Assembly (NCBI GenBank): GCA_946529215.1
Contig: CAMMZC010000001.1
Span: 158,180-222,179, forward strand
From: an uncultured Clostridia bacterium
GTDB lineage: Bacteria; Bacillota; Clostridia; TANB77; CAG-508
DNA length: 64,000 nucleotides
Direction: 5' to 3'
Shown: piece by piece, positions 28,827 through 37,657 of the stretch
Layout: each line of letters begins with the position of its first letter
How positions within the stretch are numbered: the stretch's first letter is position 1
Notes under the pieces: model-generated
The model's database searches: none
Told to the model about the DNA's origin: nothing
What the model saw: only the letters and a program-made list of their open reading frames with translations
Position numbers and translations under genes: made by a program

Positions 28827-29327
28827 TTATTCATTATTATTTGAGTCTTTTTCTAACAGAGAATTTTTATATTTTTCTACATTCTCTTTTTCTATACTTC
28901 CTATTTTAAATAATATTTGATTAGCGTTTAATTTATATATTACATCTGTTTTTACTAAACTATCTTTATTTAATCCATTTTCTTCACTTTTGTTTATAAG
29001 TTTGTTACTTCCATATTTTAATTTGTCTAGTTGTGAAGAAATTAGCATACCAAAATAATCTATAGGAACTACTAGATTATTTTCATCTACTATAACAAAT
29101 AAATGATTTTGACCTTTTTGACCATTTTCATATATAAAATTTTTCACAAATACTATGTCGCCAATTGAATAATGATTATATTCTGTTGTATCTTCGCTAA
29201 TAAAAAAATCTTCTTCTCCTTTATGCCATTCATTTTGAACGGGATATTCTTCAAACGCTTCTTGTAATTCTTTAACTTTACCTCTTTTGTAAGCCATTTT
29301 TAAAAATTCACTCAAATTATTTTCCAT
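28827..29327 (-). CDS. PemK/MazF-like toxin-fold protein with a ~55-aa N-terminal extension
   Basis: GDIVFVKNF..GQKGQNHLFVIVD...LVVPIDYF...LNKDSLVKTDVIYKLNANQILFKIGSIEKENVEKYKNSL follows the MazF/PemK pattern (GDI.. / RP.lVls / vvPiT / S.v..dqi..l....l..kiG.l). AGGAGG RBS. Assignment is by eye only. Confidence 0.45.
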   Translation of the reverse strand: MENNLSEFLKMAYKRGKVKELQEAFEEYPVQNEWHKGEEDFFISEDTTEYNHYSIGDIVFVKNFIYENGQKGQNHLFVIVDENNLVVPIDYFGMLISSQLDKLKYGSNKLINKSEENGLNKDSLVKTDVIYKLNANQILFKIGSIEKENVEKYKNSLLEKDSNNNE

Positions 29328-29421
29328 AATACACCTCCTAAAATTTAAAATAACCTAAATAAATAACTTAATTATTATAAATAATTACGAAACAAAATCT
29401 CATTACTAATACACTATAAAT

Positions 29422-29489
29422 ATAATAACATATTTTTTTTGCTTCTTCAAGTATTTTTGTCGAAAAAGCAAAAAAATTTTTCGACAAAA
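29422..29489 (-). promoter_or_regulatory. promoter of the MazF-like gene with an upstream inverted TTTTGTCGA pair
   Basis: Minus strand TTGAAG (29450-29445), 17 nt, TATTAT (29427-29422). Palindrome TTTTGTCGAAAAA-N9-TTTTTCGACAAAA at 29455-29489. Confidence 0.4.
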
Positions 29490-29710
29490 TAAGACATTTT
29501 CTCTATATTACATATTATTCATTTTCTTATACCTAATCAGTAAACATTAATTATTATTATATTTGCATTTAAAAAGCGTGTGTTATCTATCGAACTATTA
29601 CTACTTCTAAATTACTATTTATTGTGTTTATAACAATATATTATCTTTTGATTTCATATTTAATTTTTAGCAGACTATATAACTATTTGCTAAAATTTTA
29701 TCAAAATCGC

Positions 29711-29739
29711 TTGACTTTAGTCTTTTTTTATTGTATGAT
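29711..29739 (+). promoter_or_regulatory. sigma-A promoter of clpE
   Basis: TTGACT, 17 nt, TATGAT. Confidence 0.55.
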
Positions 29740-29751
29740 ATAAGATAATTG

Positions 29752-29829
29752 ATTAATATATAATTCATTTAATTTATGACTTATGTCGCTTTCGCTCTGG
29801 CGCATAAATTACATAAATTATATATTAAT
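29752..29829 (+). promoter_or_regulatory. long leader hairpin (27-nt arms, 25/27 complementary) between the clpE promoter and RBS
   Basis: ATTAATATATAATTCATTTAATTTATG (29752-29778) pairs with CATAAATTACATAAATTATATATTAAT (29803-29829), leaving a 24-nt GC-richer loop. Confidence 0.5.
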
Positions 29830-29861
29830 TACAATAAAAGAAAGAGAAATGAGGAAAAATT

Positions 29862-32270
29862 ATGTTATGTAATATATGTAAGAAAAATCCAGCTGTTATT
29901 TTCTCAAGTAAAGAGGAAAATGGCACAAGGAAAATGGAAGGATTATGCATAAGTTGTGCTAAAAAGCAAGGAATTAATACAGATGAATACCTTAAAGCTC
30001 AATCTGAAGCACAAGCTCAAAATTTAAATAATGGACTTGAAGATTTATTTCAGCATCTTGCAGAAAGCCTAAATGGTATAGATGGAGTGGATTTTGAGGC
30101 TATGGCTTTTCCAGATATGGGAAATATGAATTTTAACAATAATCGTAATGAAGATGATTCAAATAATGAAGAAGATAGTGATGAAGAAGATCAAAATTTA
30201 AATCATCCTCATATTTTTGCAGGAGCAATTCCACTTGGTTCCATTTTTGGAAGTTTAAATAATTTTAGACAAAATAATGGTCAAGATGATGTTGCAAATT
30301 CAGGTTCAAATGTTAAGAAAAAAGTTAAACCTGAAAAGAAAAAAAATGCAAATAAAAAGAAAAAATATCTTGATACTTTTGGAACAAATTTAACTGCAAA
30401 AGCTAAAAATGGCGAGTTAGATATGGTTGTTGGGCGTGACAGAGAACTTCAAAGAGTTATTCAAATTTTAAATAGACGTACAAAAAATAATCCTTGCTTA
30501 ATTGGTGAGCCTGGTGTTGGAAAAACTGCAATTGCACAAGGATTGGCGATTAAAATTGCAAATCAAAAAGTACCTGTAAAACTTTTAAATAAAGAAGTTT
30601 ATCTTTTAGATATGACCGCAGTTATTGCAGGAACTCAATTTAGAGGTCAATTTGAGTCAAGAATGAAAGGTATTATAGAAGAATGTATTCATTATGGAAA
30701 TATCATTTTAGTAATTGATGAAGTTCACTCTATAATCGGTGCAGGAGCAGGCGGAGAAAATGATTCTATGAATGCTGCAAATATTTTAAAACCTGCCTTA
30801 GCAAATGGTCAAATTCAATTAATTGGTACAACTACAATTAAAGAATATCGTAAATATATAGAAAAAGATACAGCTTTAGAGCGTAGATTTCAACAAGTTA
30901 TGATAGATGAACCTTCTTCAGATGATGCGATAGACATCTTAAAAGGAATTAAAAAATATTATGAAGATTATCATAAAGTAAAAATTTCAAATGAAGTAAT
31001 TAAACAAACTGTTCTAATGTCTGAAAAATACATACATGACAGATTTTTGCCAGATAAAGCAATCGACATTTTAGATGAAGCTTGTTCTAGAATTAACTTA
31101 GAAAATGTAGATTTATTTAGACTAGAGGTATTAAAAAACCAGTTAAAGAAAATTCAAGAAGAAAAAGAAGATGCTGCAAATGCTGACTCTACAGAAGATT
31201 ATCAAAAAGCAGCTCAACTTAAAACTGAAGAATGTAAATTAATTGAAGATATTGACAGAATAAATTCTACTATGGAAATTAAAAGTCTTACAGTTCAAGA
31301 CATTGCAGGTGTTATAGAAAGTTGGACAAAAATTCCTGTTAAAAAAATCACAGAAAAAGAAACAGAAAAATTATTAAACTTAGAAGAAAATCTTCATAAA
31401 AGAATTATAGGTCAAGAAGATGCAGTTTCTGCTGTATCTCGTGCAATTAGAAGAAACAGAGCAGGCTTAAAAAGCACTCAAAGGCCACCTTCATTTATAT
31501 TTGTAGGTCCTACAGGTGTTGGAAAAACTGAACTTGCCAAAAGTCTTGCTTACGAAATGTTTGGAACAGAAGAATCTATTATTCGAATAGATATGTCGGA
31601 ATATATGGAAAGTAACTCAACAGCTAAATTAATTGGTGCTCCTCCAGGATATATTGGTTATGATGATGCAGGTCAACTTACAGAAAAAGTTAAACGTAAA
31701 CCTTATTCAATTATCCTTTTAGATGAAATTGAAAAAGCTCACCCAGATGTATTTAACTTGCTTCTTCAAATACTTGATGATGGTAGATTAACAGACTCTC
31801 AAGGAAATACTGTAAGCTTCCAAAACACAATTATAATTATGACATCAAATGCAGGTTCAAATTTAAACAACAATTCTATTGGTTTTGGAAATGAAACAGT
31901 TGATAAAGGTAAAATTGAAGACAGATTAAAAGATACCTTTAGACCTGAATTTTTAAACAGAGTAGATGAAATAATAGTATTTAATTCATTAAATAAAGAA
32001 CAATTATTACAAATTGTTGATTTAATGCTTAATGATACTAAAAAAGTTCTTCTTGAAAAAGATATTACTATGGAAGTTTCAAAAGTTGCTAAAGAATATA
32101 TCTTGGAAAAGGGAACAAATCTTAAATTTGGTGCTCGTCCTCTACGCCGTGCAATTCAAAGATATGTTGAAGATGAGATTTCTGAAAAAATCTTACGTGG
32201 AGAAATTAAAAATGGCCAAACAATTAAGATTGAATATAATTCTGACAAGTTAGAAATTGTAGGAGAATAA
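29862..32270 (+). CDS. clpE: ATP-dependent Clp protease ATP-binding subunit ClpE (Hsp100 with N-terminal zinc ribbon)
   Basis: [10 protein letters not shown]...[11 protein letters not shown] gives CxxC-N22-CxxC, as in ClpE. Two AAA+ modules ([22 protein letters not shown]), a UVR-like middle motif ([13 protein letters not shown]) and a ClpP-docking SIGFG loop. No Clp_N repeats. An Asn/Asp/Glu-rich linker is present. Confidence 0.85.
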   Translation: MLCNICKKNPAVIFSSKEENGTRKMEGLCISCAKKQGINTDEYLKAQSEAQAQNLNNGLEDLFQHLAESLNGIDGVDFEAMAFPDMGNMNFNNNRNEDDSNNEEDSDEEDQNLNHPHIFAGAIPLGSIFGSLNNFRQNNGQDDVANSGSNVKKKVKPEKKKNANKKKKYLDTFGTNLTAKAKNGELDMVVGRDRELQRVIQILNRRTKNNPCLIGEPGVGKTAIAQGLAIKIANQKVPVKLLNKEVYLLDMTAVIAGTQFRGQFESRMKGIIEECIHYGNIILVIDEVHSIIGAGAGGENDSMNAANILKPALANGQIQLIGTTTIKEYRKYIEKDTALERRFQQVMIDEPSSDDAIDILKGIKKYYEDYHKVKISNEVIKQTVLMSEKYIHDRFLPDKAIDILDEACSRINLENVDLFRLEVLKNQLKKIQEEKEDAANADSTEDYQKAAQLKTEECKLIEDIDRINSTMEIKSLTVQDIAGVIESWTKIPVKKITEKETEKLLNLEENLHKRIIGQEDAVSAVSRAIRRNRAGLKSTQRPPSFIFVGPTGVGKTELAKSLAYEMFGTEESIIRIDMSEYMESNSTAKLIGAPPGYIGYDDAGQLTEKVKRKPYSIILLDEIEKAHPDVFNLLLQILDDGRLTDSQGNTVSFQNTIIIMTSNAGSNLNNNSIGFGNETVDKGKIEDRLKDTFRPEFLNRVDEIIVFNSLNKEQLLQIVDLMLNDTKKVLLEKDITMEVSKVAKEYILEKGTNLKFGARPLRRAIQRYVEDEISEKILRGEIKNGQTIKIEYNSDKLEIVGE

Positions 32271-32273
32271 TTT

Positions 32274-32321
32274 AAAAGCTAGATATTAATGATTACATTG
32301 TCATTCATATCTAGCTTTTTT
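32274..32321. terminator. bidirectional terminator between clpE and the transketolase-N gene
   Basis: AAAAGCTAGATAT ... ATATCTAGCTTTTTT. Confidence 0.75.
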
Positions 32322-32389
32322 AGTTATTGTATTTAATGTTTTTACAATATTCAAAAGTATTTCATACTTTTATAGTATTAAAAATTCCC

Positions 32390-33202
32390 TTAGTTCAAAT
32401 CTTTTAGAGCCTGTAAATACTGTTCTTCATTTGGAGCCTTTCCATGCCATTCTACCTTGTTTTCCATAAAAGAAACACCTTTGCCTTTTATCGTTTTAGC
32501 TACAATACATGTTGGCTTCCCCTTTACTTGTTTTGCTTCATCAAAAGCATTTATAATTTGCTCTATATCATTTCCATCAATACTTATTACATTAAAGCCA
32601 AAACTTTTGAATTTTTCATCTATAGGGTATGAACTCATAACTTCTTCTATTGTTCCATCTATTTGCAAATTATTGTTATCTACAATTACACATAAATTAT
32701 CTAATTTATATTTGTTCGCAGTCATTGCAGCTTCCCAAATTTGCCCTTCTTCTATTTCGCCATCTCCTAAAATAGCATAAACTCTATAGTCTTTGTTGTC
32801 CATCTTTCCTGCAATTGCCATTCCATTTGCAACAGATAGACCTTGACCCAAAGAACCTGATGTCATATCTACCCCTGGTATTTGATTTAAATCTGGATGT
32901 CCTTGCAAAATGCTATCTAGCTTTCTAAATGTTTTTAGCTTTTCTTTTTCGAAATATCCTCTTTCAGCTAATGCCGCATACAAGCCAGAAGAACAATGTC
33001 CTTTAGATAAAACTAGTCTATCTCTATCTTCCCATCTTGGATTTTTTTCATCTATTCTTAGTTCTTTAAAATATAGTACTGCTAAAATATCTGCTATAGA
33101 AAGTGCTCCACCTGGATGACCAGATTTTGCATTATACACTTCTTCTATTATATCTTTTCTAATTTCTTTGGCTTTTTGGTTTAAAAATTCTATATTATCC
33201 AT
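32390..33202 (-). CDS. transketolase, N-terminal (TPP-binding PP-domain) subunit only
   Basis: 270 aa. SGHPGGALSIADILAVLYF, GHCSSGLYAALA and GDGEIEEGQIWEA are motifs of split transketolase subunit A. No C-terminal subunit gene follows; a terminator and then the clpE 3' end come next. Confidence 0.85.
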   Translation of the reverse strand: MDNIEFLNQKAKEIRKDIIEEVYNAKSGHPGGALSIADILAVLYFKELRIDEKNPRWEDRDRLVLSKGHCSSGLYAALAERGYFEKEKLKTFRKLDSILQGHPDLNQIPGVDMTSGSLGQGLSVANGMAIAGKMDNKDYRVYAILGDGEIEEGQIWEAAMTANKYKLDNLCVIVDNNNLQIDGTIEEVMSSYPIDEKFKSFGFNVISIDGNDIEQIINAFDEAKQVKGKPTCIVAKTIKGKGVSFMENKVEWHGKAPNEEQYLQALKDLN

Positions 33203-33217
33203 TTATATATTCTCCTA

Positions 33218-33784
33218 TCAAGATTTTTCTGATTCTAGTTCTTCAATAACAATCTGATGATTCTCATCCATCTTATACCTTGGAAGTTCAGGCAATTCAT
33301 CTAAAGAAGAATAACCAAACATTCTCAAAAACTCATCTGTTGTTTTATATGACATAGGTTTTCCTGGTAAATCTAACTTTCCAGCTTCTTCTATTAATCC
33401 ATATTCTAGTAACTTGTAAATCGTAGCATCTACACTTACTCCTCTTATTGCTTCTATCTCTGCTCTTGAAATCTTTGGATTATATGCAATTATAGAAAGA
33501 GTTTCTAATGCAGCATTTGAAAGTTTTGGCTTGTTTCTTTTATCTATTATTTGATAGATATATTCATAATTTTCTTTTTTAGTACATAACTGATACCCAC
33601 CATTTAAACTTATTAATTCAATTCCCCTATTTTGCGATTTATATTCTTCTTTCATTTTTTCTAATATTTTCTCTAAGTCTTTTTTAGATATTTCTAAAGC
33701 AAATTCCATTTCTTCTATTGCAACCATTCTCCCTGCCGCAAATAGCATACTTTCTATTATTGATTCTATTTTTTCTATTTCCAT
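33218..33784 (-). CDS. scpB: segregation and condensation protein B
   Basis: IESIIESMLFAAGRMVAIEEM..., LSNAALETLSIIAYNPKISRAEIEAIRGV. Typical ScpB tandem winged helices. Confidence 0.85.
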   Translation of the reverse strand: MEIEKIESIIESMLFAAGRMVAIEEMEFALEISKKDLEKILEKMKEEYKSQNRGIELISLNGGYQLCTKKENYEYIYQIIDKRNKPKLSNAALETLSIIAYNPKISRAEIEAIRGVSVDATIYKLLEYGLIEEAGKLDLPGKPMSYKTTDEFLRMFGYSSLDELPELPRYKMDENHQIVIEELESEKS

Positions 33785-33810
33785 GCTTTATCCCTTCTTT
33801 TTTGATATTA

Positions 33811-35187
33811 CTAATATCCTCTATATTCCATTTCATCTTTTTCCCAGTTATTTGGCTCATATACTGTACCAGTGAACCAAATATCTTTTGTATTTTTATC
33901 TCTAATTAAAAACATAAATGGTTTATTAATAATTATTTCTACCGGCTGTTTAGGTTCTTCTAACATTGCACTAGTTTCCATCACAAAAGCCGTAACAGCA
34001 GCCGCTTTAACTCCTTTTTCTGTAAAATCAATATTAGCCTTATGTAGTGCATCACTTACATATAATTTTTCATCTGCATTTGCCATATTTTCAAAATTTG
34101 CCAAATTCATATCAAACGCATCAGTTATTCCTAACCTAATTAAATCATCTTTCAATTTTAAGTCATAGTCAAATGAAAATTTAGGAATATATACAATTAC
34201 CCCATCTTTTTCCTTATCTGCTGTTTTAAAATTCTTATCTATTTCATTCATTTTGTCTATACTAAAATTATTTACATATTGTTTTAAATCTTCATCTGGC
34301 ATTATAGCAACAAATTCAAAATTTGTTTTACCATATTGTTTTAAATTCATTTTTAAAGCCGTAGTTTTTTCACCTAAATAATATGAAATGCTGTTTTCTG
34401 ATGTTTCTTTTGACATTGTAGTTGCTTGCATTTGTGTTCCATCTTCTTTATAAAAAGGACTACCATGTGTAGCATTGTCATCAAATCTATCTTTCCACTC
34501 CATATCTATTGCTAAGGCATTTACTAATACCATTTTTGCATCTGCCACTATTTGATCATTTAGCATATTTTTGATAATTCCTAAAGTTTTATTTTCTATC
34601 CATTGATTAATATTTTTCGCATTTTCAAATCTGTCTTGCAATATTTCAGCATTGTATTTACTTGCTAGTATATTATTATATGTTGGATTAACTTTTGAAT
34701 AAAACGTCTCCCTTACAAATACTCCATTTGCTAGTGATAATACATTGTCTATATTTTGATACTTTGTTAAACTTAATTTAGATGTTACTTTATCTATTTG
34801 ACTTAATGTATTTTCTTTCGCCCCTTCTTGTAACATTTTTAATGCATATTTTATTGATAATGGACTATAAATCATATTCTTTCCTTCATTCTCCATTTTT
34901 AAAAAACAAAAATCAAAAGAATTGTTATCTACAGTCTGTGCTACTTGTGATTTAACTGTATTTTGTACTATTGGTGGTTTTATTGTATTTTCTGTTATTT
35001 CATTTGATATATTCAAATTTTGATTTGCTATAACTTTTTGATCACTTTTATTATTACTGAATTTAAGCCAAATAACCACACCCAATAGTATTATTATTAA
35101 TACAAAAAGTATTTCAATAATTGTTATTATTTTTACTGTACCTCTTTCGTTTTTCATAATCTCTTTCTCCTTTTTTATTTTTTTCAT
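33811..35187 (-). CDS. membrane-anchored serpin (serine protease inhibitor family)
   Basis: 458 aa. N-terminal TM (IITIIEILFVLIIILLGVVIWL), a serpin core, the hinge/reactive-centre loop EKGVKAAAVTAFVMETSAML, and the C-terminal INKPFMFLIRD signature. Confidence 0.85.
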   Translation of the reverse strand: MKKIKKEKEIMKNERGTVKIITIIEILFVLIIILLGVVIWLKFSNNKSDQKVIANQNLNISNEITENTIKPPIVQNTVKSQVAQTVDNNSFDFCFLKMENEGKNMIYSPLSIKYALKMLQEGAKENTLSQIDKVTSKLSLTKYQNIDNVLSLANGVFVRETFYSKVNPTYNNILASKYNAEILQDRFENAKNINQWIENKTLGIIKNMLNDQIVADAKMVLVNALAIDMEWKDRFDDNATHGSPFYKEDGTQMQATTMSKETSENSISYYLGEKTTALKMNLKQYGKTNFEFVAIMPDEDLKQYVNNFSIDKMNEIDKNFKTADKEKDGVIVYIPKFSFDYDLKLKDDLIRLGITDAFDMNLANFENMANADEKLYVSDALHKANIDFTEKGVKAAAVTAFVMETSAMLEEPKQPVEIIINKPFMFLIRDKNTKDIWFTGTVYEPNNWEKDEMEYRGY

Positions 35188-35289
35188 TTTTAATTCTACT
35201 ATACAAACAAAAAAAAAGCAAGAGATTATTATAAATAATTCAAAAAGAAGCAGTTACCAACCAACTACTTCTTTTGCATTTTATTTAAA

Positions 35290-36675
35290 CTAATAAGTTT
35301 CCCCCACCAAATCATAATCCCTAAAATCAGTAATCTTGCAATTTACAAATTTATTTAGTTTTAAATCAGTATTTTTAATATACACCACCCCATCTATATC
35401 TGGTGCATCTAATTTAGTCCTGCCTATTACATATTTTCTATCAAAAGACTTAGCTTCAATTAATACTTCTTGTTTTGTTCCAATTTTTGCTTTCATCTTT
35501 TCTCTAGAAATTTGTTGTTGTAAACTCATAATTTTATTGAATCTTGATTTTTTCGTCATGTGATGTATTTGATTTGGCATAGTGGCTGCTGGAGTTCCGT
35601 CTTCTTTTGAATATTCAAAAACTCCTAATTTATCGAATTTTGCTTTTTCTACAAAATCATATAATTCTTCAAATTGTTCTTTTGTTTCTCCAGGAAATCC
35701 TACAATTAAACTTGTTCTTAATGTTACATTTGGAATTTCTTTTCTTATTTTTGAAAGTAGATTTTCTATATTTTGTTTTGTAGTTTTTCTATTCATTTTT
35801 TTCAAAACTTCATCTGATATGTGCTGAATTGGAATATCAAAATATTTTGCAATTTTCTCCTCATTTTTTACAACTTGTATTAATTCATCTGTAATTCCTT
35901 CTGGATATGAATACAAAAATCTAATCCAATGAATTCCATCTATTTTGCATAGCTTTTTTAGTAACTCTGCAAGTTTAGATTTTCCATATAAGTCAACTCC
36001 ATATTTTGTTGTATCTTGTGCAATAATAATTAATTCTTTAATTCCTTGTTTTGCTATATTTTCCGCTTCTTTTATAATCTCCTCCATAGGTCTGCTAATA
36101 AACAAGCCTCTAATATATGGAATTGCACAATATGTGCACAAATTACTACAACCTTCTCCGATTTTCAAATAAGCATAGTTCTCTCCTGTAGAAATTGTTC
36201 GTTGTAGATATTCTTGCTCTTTAAACATTGGCAATTTACGAATTTTCTTTTTGGTATTCCCATCAATTTCTGTATTGTTTTTAGTTTGCAATCTCTTTTC
36301 TGTTTTTGAACAAGGTTCCTTTTTTCCTCCGTCCCAAAAAGGAACCTTCTCCCACATTTTATCATAATCTTCTATTTTTAAGAATAGATCTACCTCAGGT
36401 AGTGCTTTTACTAATTCGTCATAATATCTTTGCACTAAACAGCCCATTACAATTAAATACTTGCATCTTTTTTTCTTGTATTCTGCCATTTCAAGAATTG
36501 TGTTTATTGCTTCTTCTTTAGCTGATTCTATAAATCCACAAGTATTTATTACTATTATTTCTGCTTCTTGTGGGTTATTTACTATTTCAAATCTATGCTC
36601 TTTAAATTTTCCAATTGTTACTTCTGTATCTATTAAGTTTTTGCTACAACCAAGTGATATAAATCCTACTTTCAT
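35290..36675 (-). CDS. rimO: ribosomal protein S12 methylthiotransferase RimO (radical SAM MTTase)
   Basis: MKVGFISLGCSKNLIDTE N-terminal MTTase domain, CSNLCTYC radical-SAM cluster, C-terminal TRAM. It contains an extra linker segment encoded partly by the dispersed palindromic repeat. Start is 36675, or possibly 36687. Confidence 0.85.
   Translation of the reverse strand: MKVGFISLGCSKNLIDTEVTIGKFKEHRFEIVNNPQEAEIIVINTCGFIESAKEEAINTILEMAEYKKKRCKYLIVMGCLVQRYYDELVKALPEVDLFLKIEDYDKMWEKVPFWDGGKKEPCSKTEKRLQTKNNTEIDGNTKKKIRKLPMFKEQEYLQRTISTGENYAYLKIGEGCSNLCTYCAIPYIRGLFISRPMEEIIKEAENIAKQGIKELIIIAQDTTKYGVDLYGKSKLAELLKKLCKIDGIHWIRFLYSYPEGITDELIQVVKNEEKIAKYFDIPIQHISDEVLKKMNRKTTKQNIENLLSKIRKEIPNVTLRTSLIVGFPGETKEQFEELYDFVEKAKFDKLGVFEYSKEDGTPAATMPNQIHHMTKKSRFNKIMSLQQQISREKMKAKIGTKQEVLIEAKSFDRKYVIGRTKLDAPDIDGVVYIKNTDLKLNKFVNCKITDFRDYDLVGETY
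36314..36346. repeat. copy b of the GGTTCC/CCTCCGTCCC palindromic repeat, inside the rimO coding sequence
   Basis: GGTTCC-T6-CCTCCGTCCCAAAAAGGAACC, translated in-frame on the minus strand as VPFWDGGKKEP. Confidence 0.7.
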
Positions 36676-36770
36676 TATTACTAACATTCCTTTCCATCAA
36701 GCTACTAAATTTGATAAAAATTAACTTGTTTCGTTTCTTTCAAAATATTTATCCATTTTATCATATTTAT

Positions 36771-37649
36771 TTACTCTTTATATAGTTTTATATTTCCTTT
36801 TCTATATTCTTCCAAAACCTTTAAATATATTTCATTTTGAACAATTCTAATTTTTTTAGGGTGAACTAAATATCTTAAACTTAGCTCTATATGTGATTCT
36901 ACAATCCTTGTGTATACTATTGGATCAAGATTGTTGTAGTAAATTCTATATTCTACTGTTGCATCATCTACTTGATTTTCCATCTTTTTTGGGATCTCTT
37001 TTAAAATCTCGTTTTCTTCCAAAATGTCATATAGAATTGCTTTTGTCTCTTCTAAATTAGAATCTAGTTCTACATTTATTTTTATTTCATCCCATATATA
37101 TTTAAATGCCTTTGTAAAATTTTTTGTAGGTTCTGAAAATACAGCTGAGTTTGGTATATGTACTATTTTTCCTGTACTTTGTTCATATTCACTACCATCT
37201 GCAATTTCTAGCATTTCAAATCCTAAAGAATGTATTGTAATTACATCACCTTTTATTCCTTTAATTTCGATTCTATCTTCTACTTCAAGTATCTTTTTCG
37301 CATTTATATATATTCCTGCAAAGAAATTAAAGATTATTTCCCTTAAAGCAATTGTTACAGCTGCAGAAACAAAACTTATTAATGTCATTAAGCTTTTGAT
37401 TTGTTCTTTCCATATTAAAATTACAACTAACCAGCAAATTACTGTTAAAGAAATTTTTATTTTTCTATTTCTAAAATATTTCTTTTTATCACTTACATTT
37501 AATTTTGAATACATTTTTCTTATTAAAAATTTTAATATATCAAAAAATAAAAATGCTAAAATTGTAAGTATTGTTAAATGGATGTATTCTTTGTTTATAC
37601 CTGTATCTTGGCTAATATATTTAGAAATTTCTTCAAAAAAATTTAACAT
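36771..37649 (-). CDS. MscS-family mechanosensitive channel
   Basis: Three N-terminal TMs, then the beta-domain IEIKGIKGDVITIHSLGFEMLEI...GKIVHIPNSAVF. Confidence 0.8.
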   Translation of the reverse strand: MLNFFEEISKYISQDTGINKEYIHLTILTILAFLFFDILKFLIRKMYSKLNVSDKKKYFRNRKIKISLTVICWLVVILIWKEQIKSLMTLISFVSAAVTIALREIIFNFFAGIYINAKKILEVEDRIEIKGIKGDVITIHSLGFEMLEIADGSEYEQSTGKIVHIPNSAVFSEPTKNFTKAFKYIWDEIKINVELDSNLEETKAILYDILEENEILKEIPKKMENQVDDATVEYRIYYNNLDPIVYTRIVESHIELSLRYLVHPKKIRIVQNEIYLKVLEEYRKGNIKLYKE

Positions 37650-37657
37650 TTTTCCTC

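Noticed and set aside
29700-29760. CtsR operator (tandem GGTCAAA heptads) at the clpE promoter.
   Set aside because: Only a single AGTCAA-like half-site overlapping the -35 is present. There is no 7-3-7 tandem arrangement.
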